39,323 nucleotides of DNA from a virus: IMG/VR virus record IMGVR_UViG_3300045201_000011, positions 1 to 39,323 of that record. One strand, written 5' to 3'. Below the pieces are notes generated by a model. That model made no database searches and was not told the DNA's origin. It saw only the letters and a program-made list of their open reading frames with translations. Below are positions 14,388 to 23,267 of the stretch, piece after piece. Positions within the stretch are counted from its first letter, which is position 1; each line of letters starts with the position of its first letter. A program made the translations under genes and the position numbers.

Positions 14388-16766
14388 TTATTTCTTTGGT
14401 TTTTGCTTGAGGTAGCCTTCAAATGTCTTCTTCCGGGCGTCTGCTGCGTCCTTGCCCTTACTCGCCGCATAAGCGGTGTAGGCACCGGGATTAGACAGCC
14501 AGCGCTCAGCAAGCTCGACGCGTTCCGCAAGCTTGAGATTTTGAAGCTCATTCTGCTGTTCGATAATGCCTTCCTTCTTCTCCTGTATTCGCTGCTGGTC
14601 GATTTCATACATCGAGCGGAGAGTGAGGTTAGACCGTTCAGAGTTTTCCACGGGGAGCTGAGTGGTTTTATCTACGATAATCCAGCCGTTTCCGTTGGTT
14701 GCCTGTCTGATTGTGAGGTCCGAGGCATCTAAGCCTTCGTCGGTTCCGAAGTCTTTGGTGTAGTTTTCAATTGCGTGTGAAGCAATCTCGGCAAAGTTCT
14801 TAGGAATGTCTCTGCCAGCAGTGTAGATCATACTGCCATTGACCTCAGTGTGAGTTGCCTTGAAGCGTTTCGTCGCTTCCTCAAGTGACTTCTCAGTATT
14901 CAAACCATTGCGGGCGTAGAATTGACCAAGACGCGCAATCTCTCCAGCGGCATAACCTGAATTATCAGGCGTACTTCCAAAGAAGTTAATTCCAAACGGA
15001 CTTATGCCGCCTAGCTTTACCGAGTTGGCTCGCTGCTGAATATCATCGTAGCGCTGCTGCATTGCAGCCGAAGGTGCCTTCTCAATTTCAGAAGTCGCCA
15101 TCATCGCGGTTTGGACAGCTTGTTCATGATCTAAGCCCGCATACTGCGTTGCTATGCGATAGCTTTCGTAGAACTCTCGTTCCTTGGTGTCTTTGATATG
15201 ATGATCTAGCAGCGCTGGGTTGGCCGCGTGTAAACGCATATAGAGGTCTGTTCCGTCCTTGAGCTGCGCTGGCGGTTTCCCCCCGGAAGTCGTGACTTGT
15301 GTTGCCGCCACCTGACCACCTTGAAGGACATTTTCCCACTTTGGGTTAGTCAGGTTGTTTGACGAAAAAGATTCAACCTGCATATCGAACGCTTGATCTG
15401 GATTGGCTTTCCCATTTTTTACAAGCCACTCAGTCCGATCAATCGTTTCCTTCGCAATGGCCTTCTTCTGGTCATCGACCGAAACAGTCTTCGTCTCGCC
15501 GGTTTTGGTGAACACAGTTGCCTCCTCTAGGTACGGAACCATGCCTTTAGACGCGGTTTCCATATTCTTTGTGAGAAGGTCTGTTTCGGACTTCTTTGCC
15601 TGTTCAGCCAACGCGAGCTTCTGGTTAGCATCGCTGGCTTCCTTAGCGATGTGTGCATTGAAGGTGTCGCTTTGATTAATGAGCGACTGAACCTGAGCTT
15701 CCGAAAACGCTCCGGGGTTAGCCTTATGCCAGCCTGTCAGTTCATCACGGTCGAGCTTGCCCTGTCTCGCTGCGTCCCAAAAGTTGAAACGCCGGTCGCG
15801 TGTGGCCTCCTCGTTATTGTTCTCCATGCGGCTCTTAGCAGAGAGAAGAATACGATTGGCATCATTCTGGAACTCTCGGTTCGACGCAAGGGAACCCAGC
15901 TTCGTGCCATCATCACCCGTTCGCTCGCTGTTCAGGATAGCTTCGGCCATCTTGACGTTACCTTCGTTCGCGAAGGATTCAGCGAGGCGAACCATTTCCC
16001 GGTCTTGGTCCTTGTAGTCAATCTTGAGGAGTTCGCGGTTGCCGGAGTATTCAGCTCGCAAAGCTGCAACAACTTCGGCTTCCGACTTGCCCTCTCCAAG
16101 CATCGTTCGGGCTTTGCCGGAGAACACATCATAGACGCCTGAGATTGTGTCCTGTTTGACTTGCTCGGTTTGATGCTGAGCTTGGATAGTGTTAGCCTTT
16201 GAACCAAAGTTATTCATGATCGTATTGTATGACTTCACGAAATGCGGACTATCTCCGTACTTCTCCAAGTCATCTTTCATACGTTCACGGATGAAGCTCT
16301 CAAGGTCGCCCTTATCCTTGTCGAAGTTAGTTTCGTATTCCTTCGTGAGTTCATTCACGCGGTCATAGGCAAGGCGCTCGCCGTACTGCTTCATGAAAGC
16401 AGCCTTGAACCATGGATTATCCATTTCGGAAATAGAGCCATCATTTACAGCACTGCGGGCCTCTTCAAAGCTCATACCACCAATGCGGCGATTGGCTTTA
16501 TCTTCGGCTTCCTGCTGGGCAGTATCCGCACGGTCCTTGAGGAAGCCTTGTAAATTCGGGCTTATCTGAGCAAGCGCCTCGGATAGCTGCATGAGACCAC
16601 TGCCACCCGTTGCGGGTGCCTGAGGACGGCTATAGGTATCCACGGGTCTGGCCTGAGGCTGGAGCTGGACCGAGGGCATTTTGAAGGGCGCTTGGCTGCG
16701 CCCTCGGTTAGCCCCTCCAATGGAAGGGCGATCATCTTGACGGGTCAGTCCGGGAAGTTTCGCCAT
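14388..16766 (-). CDS. Internal virion/core protein (T7 gp15-like)
   Basis: 792 aa, between the gp14-like and gp16-like genes. Called from position and size. Confidence 0.7.
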   Translation of the reverse strand: MAKLPGLTRQDDRPSIGGANRGRSQAPFKMPSVQLQPQARPVDTYSRPQAPATGGSGLMQLSEALAQISPNLQGFLKDRADTAQQEAEDKANRRIGGMSFEEARSAVNDGSISEMDNPWFKAAFMKQYGERLAYDRVNELTKEYETNFDKDKGDLESFIRERMKDDLEKYGDSPHFVKSYNTIMNNFGSKANTIQAQHQTEQVKQDTISGVYDVFSGKARTMLGEGKSEAEVVAALRAEYSGNRELLKIDYKDQDREMVRLAESFANEGNVKMAEAILNSERTGDDGTKLGSLASNREFQNDANRILLSAKSRMENNNEEATRDRRFNFWDAARQGKLDRDELTGWHKANPGAFSEAQVQSLINQSDTFNAHIAKEASDANQKLALAEQAKKSETDLLTKNMETASKGMVPYLEEATVFTKTGETKTVSVDDQKKAIAKETIDRTEWLVKNGKANPDQAFDMQVESFSSNNLTNPKWENVLQGGQVAATQVTTSGGKPPAQLKDGTDLYMRLHAANPALLDHHIKDTKEREFYESYRIATQYAGLDHEQAVQTAMMATSEIEKAPSAAMQQRYDDIQQRANSVKLGGISPFGINFFGSTPDNSGYAAGEIARLGQFYARNGLNTEKSLEEATKRFKATHTEVNGSMIYTAGRDIPKNFAEIASHAIENYTKDFGTDEGLDASDLTIRQATNGNGWIIVDKTTQLPVENSERSNLTLRSMYEIDQQRIQEKKEGIIEQQNELQNLKLAERVELAERWLSNPGAYTAYAASKGKDAADARKKTFEGYLKQKPKK

Positions 16767-16767
16767 A

Positions 16768-17307
16768 TCAAGCAGTCCTATTCTTGTACTTGTCGTATTG
16801 CTGATAAGTGCCCAAGGCGTTACCGCCGATCTTTAGGGCTGCTGCGAACGGGCTTGGTCCCTGGCTCCACGGCATAGAGTTGATACGGTCCTGAGCTTTC
16901 GCCTTAAGGCCACGCATTTCGTATTTCAGATTGTCCGACATGAAGCCGGTATTCTGATCAATACGGTCATAGGAAGTCGATTCCTGCTGATATACATCGG
17001 CTAGGAGGTTATCGACGGAGAGGCCAGACACGCCACCCTCACCCGCTGCGACGAGTGTAGTTGCACGAGCTGCGCGAGCTTCACGAGCAATATCCTGCTT
17101 CTGGACGGCTGCGGCTTCCTTCTCCTGAATTTCACGGGTCTGAGCCTGTTCGTATTCGCGTCGAAGGCTTTCCTGTGCAGCCTCTTGGTTTTGCTCAACC
17201 ATCTTATTCTGAGCGTCTGCCTGCTGCTGAGCGCCTACGAAGCTGGTCACGGTCTGGACCGCGCCAATGGCGAACGAAGCCGCCATCATTGTAACGGGGT
17301 CACACAT
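16768..17307 (-). CDS. Internal virion protein (T7 gp14-like)
   Basis: 179 aa. Begins MC... with an Ala/Gln-rich helical region, like T7 gp14. Position is conserved. Confidence 0.65.
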   Translation of the reverse strand: MCDPVTMMAASFAIGAVQTVTSFVGAQQQADAQNKMVEQNQEAAQESLRREYEQAQTREIQEKEAAAVQKQDIAREARAARATTLVAAGEGGVSGLSVDNLLADVYQQESTSYDRIDQNTGFMSDNLKYEMRGLKAKAQDRINSMPWSQGPSPFAAALKIGGNALGTYQQYDKYKNRTA

Positions 17308-17774
17308 TAGTCTTTCCTTATTCTGACCACCTCATAGAATGGGTGACCTTCGGGGCCGAAACCCTTGACTTTGTTGATAAAGAAGAAGCCGCACCACCTG
17401 AGCCATTTGTGATGAACATCATTTCGGCAGTCGGTAAAGTTCATGAGGATTGGATATTTATCCTGCATGAGTTCGACGTACGGCTTACACCTTTTGAGAA
17501 ACTCAAGACGGTAGTTGACAATCTCATCTGTCGCTAAAAGCCAGACGGCACCAACCATTTCATCCGCTGGGTGCGGACAGGTTCCGAACATGATGATCGG
17601 AAGTCCGGCTTCTGTAGTCACCGTGTAGGAGCCATCTGGAGAAGTGAAACCTTCCATAATGCTGTCTGCAACGGATATACCACCCGCCGCCAAGACTTCC
17701 TCACGGTCCTCCTTGCGGAGCCTTGCCGCCACGTTACTTACGTCTTCGATCACTGAGGGACGGACAATCAGCAT
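17307..17774 (-). CDS. T7 gp13-like internal virion/assembly protein
   Basis: ORF track gives 17307..17834. Start trimmed to ATG 17774 (MLIVRPSVIEDV...), overlapping the tail-tube B stop (ATGA). Called from position and N-terminal pattern. Confidence 0.5.
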   Translation of the reverse strand: MLIVRPSVIEDVSNVAARLRKEDREEVLAAGGISVADSIMEGFTSPDGSYTVTTEAGLPIIMFGTCPHPADEMVGAVWLLATDEIVNYRLEFLKRCKPYVELMQDKYPILMNFTDCRNDVHHKWLRWCGFFFINKVKGFGPEGHPFYEVVRIRKD

Positions 17775-20143
17775 CACGTTCTCCTCGAACGGATGATGAA
17801 AGTCGCTTCCCATTCGGCGGACAAGAGTGCGCAAGGTAACGGGCTGTCATTGATAATCTCGATTTCGGTTTCTTCGGATTTACCGGAGATTGGGAACCGG
17901 AAACGACCAGACTCAAGCGAAGGCTCGCCAATGATGTTTCTGCCGCCACCTGTTACACGCCCTGAGAATACACTCGTGTAGACTTCCCTTCGGAAGGGCG
18001 TAACCTCAGCACGGAAATAACCGCTGTCGTTGTAGGTCAACGTCATGCGACGAAGCTGCATTCGACCGGCACCGACCGCCATTTGCCCCCCGCCAACAGC
18101 CTCCTCTTTAATAACTAGCTTTGAGAGACGGTATCGGAATGTGTACTTCTGCCCAGCGATGAAGTCTGTGACACGGCCCGCAATGATGAATGTATTGCTG
18201 CTATCCCATTTAAGCGGAATGAGCTGGCCCATACGATAAGGACCGTTATCTACACCAATGATCTGGAACTGTGCGGGACGAGTGACCTTGTAAGGCAGCT
18301 TGATCTGAGTTTGATCATTCGTTGCATCATAAACAACGGAACACTGAGAGGCATTCACACGCTGATCGAGATGAAAGGCAAAGTTGATACCGGGGTCAGT
18401 ACGGCCTGCCTCAAGACTGATCACTTCGAATAGAACTTGTCCATGGCGTTCAACCAGCATCCATAAGTCGCTTTCAATGAAATCCACATAAAGAACGGTT
18501 GTGTCCTCATCGAATATCCATTTCGACCAACTTGATTGAAGCTTCTCAAGCTCCTGCCAATAGTATTTGTAAACGTATAGTGCGTTCTTCTCTTTTGGCG
18601 AAAGCGCTACTAGAACGTCTTCATTCGAACTTGCGGCAAGCTTAGTCACACTTCCGGGGATATACTTGGGAACATGTGCGGTAACATCGGCGGCGTCATT
18701 CGTCTTCGTTTGTCCGTCAACATAATATTCCCGGATGCCGGAGTAAGCACCCTTGTTCATAGCAAAGTAGATATTTCGGCCAGCGCCTACAGGCTTCGCT
18801 AGGAGTGATGCCTGAAACTCAGTCGTTTGATTGATTGAGATTGTGTAAGGTGTCAGCGTATCGGCTGCCCCAAGCATGAACTGCGTCTGATCTGAGAATA
18901 GCAGAAGCGTTTCATTGAACGGTATAGCATGGCGTATGATGGAAACTTTAGTGTGACTGACGGCAACGTCGATCATGTCCGTATCGAGCGTTTGGGTCGC
19001 TGAGCTTCTCCAGAACGTAAAGAACTCACCTGCACGGGAGAATATCACATTCTCATCTGCAACCAGTCCTAAGCGGTTTCTGTGGAAGAAAATGTCATTA
19101 ATCTGTTTACCAATGAACGAAGGCTCAGGTACGCTTTCCGTGTCACCGACCTTGCGCTCATCCCATGGAATTTGCTCGAATGAAAACGTCCCGTCCGAGA
19201 GGCGTTTCAGCGCGTGAGGCATTGTTGCGCCATTGATACGGTATAGCTCACCGCCTTTGCACGATTCTTTCCAGATGCCAGTTGAGCTTCCGCCCGTAGG
19301 GTTGGAGAACTCTACCCAGTAGTTATCGAATGCTGATGACTGGTCACCGCCTATTTCGATCTGGAAGCCATGGAATGCCCTAGCCGGTAACTCAGAGAAG
19401 CGCTGAGCTGTATCCTTACAAACCTTGATTGCCTGATCACCGAGACCATCAGCGCTCGACACTGCGAAGTCTGCCCCATCCCATCTAGTGACGCGGATAG
19501 TCGAACCAAGTTGATTCAACGTGAACTGCGAAGTGAATGTCTGGTCAGCATTGAATAGGTTAACGAGCTTGCCCATAATGGCATCCGTAGCAATCTGCTC
19601 GGTGTGCGATTTATCTGAGCCATCCGGGGTCTTGAATGTCTTCTGAATGCCGCCAATGTTGACTGTGTAGTTTTGAGCATAAGCGCCTTGTCGTATCCAG
19701 ACTAACGCTTCCTTTGGTCTGCTAGGCGTAAGCTCATTCGTCATTCCAGCAGTGCGCGTGCTGTTTAGTATGAACGTATAATCGGCAATCGTTACAGCGG
19801 TGAAATCCTTGTCTGCTGCGGAGGTAGCGAGATAATTCTTACCGTTAGGAAACGACACGGGAACTTCGGTGCCGTTCATTCGAAAAACCCTAAGGTTTCC
19901 GTTGGTTATCACCACCGCATATCGTTCAACAGAATCTCGGTTGATCATGTGGACGAATGCAGTCCCGAAGCTGGTATCACTGATCTTTGCGACAAACCGA
20001 GATGGAGGCCGTTTCTTTAAGCCCTCGACAACAGAGCTATGGCCGTTCTCTTGAAGTTCACACTGAGAAGCCAGACGAAGCGAAGACGGCTGCTGCGATA
20101 CGCCATTGACGAGGTTCGGAATTGTTGAGCTAATCAGGGTCAT
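17774..20143 (-). CDS. Tail tubular protein B (T7 gp12-like)
   Basis: 789 aa. N-terminus MTLISSTIPNLVNGVSQQPSSLRL...EGLKKRPPS parallels T7 gp12 MALISQSIKNLKGGISQQP...EGLQKRPP. Confidence 0.9.
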   Translation of the reverse strand: MTLISSTIPNLVNGVSQQPSSLRLASQCELQENGHSSVVEGLKKRPPSRFVAKISDTSFGTAFVHMINRDSVERYAVVITNGNLRVFRMNGTEVPVSFPNGKNYLATSAADKDFTAVTIADYTFILNSTRTAGMTNELTPSRPKEALVWIRQGAYAQNYTVNIGGIQKTFKTPDGSDKSHTEQIATDAIMGKLVNLFNADQTFTSQFTLNQLGSTIRVTRWDGADFAVSSADGLGDQAIKVCKDTAQRFSELPARAFHGFQIEIGGDQSSAFDNYWVEFSNPTGGSSTGIWKESCKGGELYRINGATMPHALKRLSDGTFSFEQIPWDERKVGDTESVPEPSFIGKQINDIFFHRNRLGLVADENVIFSRAGEFFTFWRSSATQTLDTDMIDVAVSHTKVSIIRHAIPFNETLLLFSDQTQFMLGAADTLTPYTISINQTTEFQASLLAKPVGAGRNIYFAMNKGAYSGIREYYVDGQTKTNDAADVTAHVPKYIPGSVTKLAASSNEDVLVALSPKEKNALYVYKYYWQELEKLQSSWSKWIFDEDTTVLYVDFIESDLWMLVERHGQVLFEVISLEAGRTDPGINFAFHLDQRVNASQCSVVYDATNDQTQIKLPYKVTRPAQFQIIGVDNGPYRMGQLIPLKWDSSNTFIIAGRVTDFIAGQKYTFRYRLSKLVIKEEAVGGGQMAVGAGRMQLRRMTLTYNDSGYFRAEVTPFRREVYTSVFSGRVTGGGRNIIGEPSLESGRFRFPISGKSEETEIEIINDSPLPCALLSAEWEATFIIRSRRT

Positions 20144-20721
20144 CTTGAAGTGACCTCTTGAATGAACTCGTGACCAAGAATGTTGAGGTTAGACGTTTCG
20201 CCTTCTGCGTCCTCAAGGGCGAACCTTGCTTCCATTTCGTCACGCTGAGAAAACGTGGATAGAAGATCAGAACCGATCTGCCCTTCATTGAACCGACGAC
20301 CAGATTTAATCGTGATATAGGTTCGCGCCGCTTCCGGGAGTTCATCGAAGGGTAGAAGAAAAACTACGTCTGCCTTAATCGATTGGCCTACAGAGAACGT
20401 GTGGGATTTGCGGTCATAGAGGCGGTCGCCACGCAGAACTAAGTCAAGATGCGCAAAGTCCCGCGAGGGTGAAATCCGTAGGGTATTCCTCGGAACCCGA
20501 AGCTCGCCATCAGGATAAGTTGCGGCAATCGGATAATTAGTCTCAGTGTTCCAATGCCAGCCCTTAAGCTGAACCTGACGGTTTACAGCGGATAGCGCTT
20601 GAAGTGCCATCACTGCATCAAGAACACCGTTGTCCTCAACACTGCTTACGGGAGGTTCGCCAATCGTGGCAATAATCGCGTTAACAGCTTCGAGGACTGT
20701 GGTGGGTGTAGTAGCCAGCAT
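20140..20721 (-). CDS. Tail tubular protein A (T7 gp11-like)
   Basis: AVNAIIATIGEPPVSS matches T7 gp11 AVNDILASIGEPPVS. Start placed at ATG 20721 (GAGGGAAGG RBS); the ORF-track start is 20739. Confidence 0.85.
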   Translation of the reverse strand: MLATTPTTVLEAVNAIIATIGEPPVSSVEDNGVLDAVMALQALSAVNRQVQLKGWHWNTETNYPIAATYPDGELRVPRNTLRISPSRDFAHLDLVLRGDRLYDRKSHTFSVGQSIKADVVFLLPFDELPEAARTYITIKSGRRFNEGQIGSDLLSTFSQRDEMEARFALEDAEGETSNLNILGHEFIQEVTSR

Positions 20722-20744
20722 GGGCCTTCCCTCAGTCATGAAAT

Positions 20745-20779
20745 GAAAAAAAGGGGAGCAAGCCGAAGCTCACTCCCCA
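20745..20779 (-). terminator. Intrinsic terminator after the major capsid gene (T-phi position)
   Basis: Minus strand reads GGGGAG-UGAGCUUCGGCUUG-CUCCCC followed by UUUUUUUU. Confidence 0.7.
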
Positions 20780-20787
20780 GTGGGTAG

Positions 20788-20806
20788 TTATCCACAAGTG
20801 GATTAG
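20788..20806. promoter_or_regulatory. Palindromic GTGGAT-box pair containing a perfect DnaA-box sequence (TTATCCACA)
   Basis: TTATCCAC-AA-GTGGATTAG read directly. Lies between the capsid stop and the terminator. Confidence 0.4.
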
Positions 20807-20809
20807 TTT

Positions 20810-21787
20810 TTAGCCACCAGAAGCGGCATCGCTGATTTCGATTGCAGCAGGTGGGCACAGAACACCATGACCAACTGCGTACTTGCTGATCACGAAGTGA
20901 GCCTGACGGCGTGGGTCGTAGCCAGCATCAAGGCCGAGGTCGAGGAGCTTCACAGTACCTACGGCGCGCTTCTGCATTACGAGAGCAACCGTGTTCGAGA
21001 AGTCGCCAGCATAACGCTTAGCGGTTCCGGCTTCGGTGCCTTCGGAAATGTTGGTTGCAGGGAGGTTGTTCGTCTTGACGATTTCGATACCAGCAACACG
21101 ATAGACCTTGCCGTCCGAGTATGCACCCGAACCACCGAAGTCGCGGTTAATGGTCTTCTCAGCCTGTACCAGCTTATAATACTGAGCAGGCTTGACGAAG
21201 CAGTATCGGTCTTCCTCCGGTACGTCCTTCTCATCAAATCGAGCAGCAGCCGCAAAGAGTGCAGCCGCCAGATGATCACCGTTACCTCGGAAGTTTGCCG
21301 CATTTGGCATATCCGATTCAGAAGGCTTGATCACCGAACCGCCCGGTAGTTCCGGGATAGCATTGTTGGAACGTGCTGCGAGTACGCCAACCTGTAGGAT
21401 ATGACGGTCCATGACCTTTGCGAGCTTGCGGCCCTGCTCAGTCGTCACAATGGAGCGCATATCATAATGGTTCTTCGCTTCATCGATATTAGCGAAGTAA
21501 GCGTCCGAGACGAGGAGGTCATCAATATGAATGAGAACTTCATTCTGGTTGACCTTCTGGCCCAGCAGCTCACGGCCCGGAGTGTGGTAGTACGCATCGA
21601 TAAGACCTGTTGCAGGGAAGGCTGCGGACTTACCATGGTCGATGCTGCGGGTTACGTGACGATCACCCATGACGGTTGCCGTCTCGAAAGCGGTTAGAAC
21701 TTCGCCTGCATAGATCTTGGCGAAGGTTGCATCAACTTCACCCGAACCGTTGATCTGGCCTAGGCGAGTTACATTTGCATCAGACAT
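20810..21787 (-). CDS. Major capsid protein (T7 gp10-like)
   Basis: 325 aa. ...IYAGEVLTAFETATVMGDRHVTRSIDHGKSAAFPATG... fits the T7-group capsid N-region pattern. Position is conserved. Confidence 0.85.
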   Translation of the reverse strand: MSDANVTRLGQINGSGEVDATFAKIYAGEVLTAFETATVMGDRHVTRSIDHGKSAAFPATGLIDAYYHTPGRELLGQKVNQNEVLIHIDDLLVSDAYFANIDEAKNHYDMRSIVTTEQGRKLAKVMDRHILQVGVLAARSNNAIPELPGGSVIKPSESDMPNAANFRGNGDHLAAALFAAAARFDEKDVPEEDRYCFVKPAQYYKLVQAEKTINRDFGGSGAYSDGKVYRVAGIEIVKTNNLPATNISEGTEAGTAKRYAGDFSNTVALVMQKRAVGTVKLLDLGLDAGYDPRRQAHFVISKYAVGHGVLCPPAAIEISDAASGG

Positions 21788-22033
21788 ATTATATTTTCCT
21801 GTGATGAGTTTGGAAGTTGATCAGGCTTCCCGAAAGCTCACCGCAAGCAAAACCAAGGTTATCCCCCTCAGGGGGCAATGGTCCGCTTATGATTTGTTTT
21901 GGGATTACCTTTGCGTCACCGCGCATGAACTGTTGGCGCAGTGTGACTGACTTCATCATCAGGAAAGAGGCTCCCCAGTTACGCTTCATTGAGAGGCGTG
22001 GGGAGCATTTTTATTGACAGGAATAACCTGTGA

Positions 22034-22273
22034 TTATTTGAGTTGCTTCATAGCCTCTTCGGCTCGCTGCAACTCAGGAGTAGTTCGGGCATTCGGGACG
22101 ATATTCGCCAACGTGACGAGTACCTTGTGGACAGCCTTGAGAACGCGATTGTCCACAGTGGTGGGCGTGAGATTGACCACCGTTACGGCTGTCACTTCCA
22201 AAGCGAAGAGAACGCCGAACACTACGTCCACATGCGACCAAAGCCACATGAGAAAGTCGAGTAAGGTTTGCAT
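22034..22273 (-). CDS. Hypothetical small membrane-associated protein between scaffold and capsid
   Basis: 79 aa. AAGGAA RBS. Hydrophobic N-half FLMWLWSHVDVVFGVLFALEVTAV. Confidence 0.5.
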   Translation of the reverse strand: MQTLLDFLMWLWSHVDVVFGVLFALEVTAVTVVNLTPTTVDNRVLKAVHKVLVTLANIVPNARTTPELQRAEEAMKQLK

Positions 22274-22282
22274 GATGTTTCC

Positions 22283-23059
22283 TTAGAACACGTTTGACCG
22301 CGCAGCCTTGGATTGGACCTCAGCGCGATAGGCTGGGTCTTTTGCATAGCGCGGGTCTTTCATTGCAGTGGTCATCTCAGCGGTCGAACGGAACACGTCT
22401 TCCTGAGCGTCTGAGTTTCCACCATTCAGCAACTTAGGCTCACTGCCATTAGCTGCCGTATATTTTGCTTGAAGCCCTGTGATAGCCAAGCGGATGCTAT
22501 CCATGTCACCGCTATCCATTGTTCGGTTGAAAGCTTGGATAGCTGCGGGGTCGAGATTAGCTGATGCCCACCCGACCATCAGGCCGTAGCCCTCATCACC
22601 ACCGAACTCGGACTTCATGCTGGAAATGTTCGACTGTGCAATTGCCTCCTGACCAGCAATGAACTGATCAACAGCTTCCTTCGGGAAACCGGCCTTAGCA
22701 ATTGCTGCATACGAAGCCTCAGAGAGCGCACCTGTCTGTGCGTACTCTACAGAGAGAGCGTTGAAGTCGAGGCCAGCGGATTCGGCAAGCTGCTGGGCTT
22801 CGGTAGTGGTTGCCGGAAGTTCAACTTCCGTGGCAGGAGGAGTAACCTGAGACTGCTTGCGTTCAAGCTCGCTGTAAGCCTTTGCCATATCTTCCCAAGA
22901 GCCGAATTTCTCAGGGAGACCGGCAGGGCGCTCACTCGGAACCGTTTTCGATTCCGTGGTCTGCTGGCCCTGCGTTTTATCAAAGGCGTCAATCATCGCC
23001 TGATCATGACCTTCGGGAGCGCTGACTGGTGTAGCGTTAGAGGTAGACTGGTCGCTCAT
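22283..23059 (-). CDS. Scaffolding protein (T7 gp9 position)
   Basis: 258 aa, acidic and Ala/Glu-rich, between portal and capsid. Confidence 0.65.
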   Translation of the reverse strand: MSDQSTSNATPVSAPEGHDQAMIDAFDKTQGQQTTESKTVPSERPAGLPEKFGSWEDMAKAYSELERKQSQVTPPATEVELPATTTEAQQLAESAGLDFNALSVEYAQTGALSEASYAAIAKAGFPKEAVDQFIAGQEAIAQSNISSMKSEFGGDEGYGLMVGWASANLDPAAIQAFNRTMDSGDMDSIRLAITGLQAKYTAANGSEPKLLNGGNSDAQEDVFRSTAEMTTAMKDPRYAKDPAYRAEVQSKAARSNVF

Positions 23060-23063
23060 AGGT

Positions 23064-23264
23064 TCAATAATCCACGATAACGAAACCGAGTTCGTCCGAA
23101 TTAACCGGCTCGGCTTTGGTTTGAGGTTGCTTTTTCTTGGAGGTGCGAGGAGCCGCGACTGATGGAGCCTCAGTGGTTACGACTGTAACTTCACTGGTTT
23201 CCGCAACCGTGGCATCCGTGACAACCTCCTGAGTTCCCGCGCTTGCGGTCTCAGTGGTTTCCAT
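23064..23264 (-). CDS. Small acidic Thr/Val/Glu-rich protein
   Basis: 66 aa. AGGAA RBS. Lies between portal and scaffold. Confidence 0.45.
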   Translation of the reverse strand: METTETASAGTQEVVTDATVAETSEVTVVTTEAPSVAAPRTSKKKQPQTKAEPVNSDELGFVIVDY

Positions 23265-23267
23265 TGG

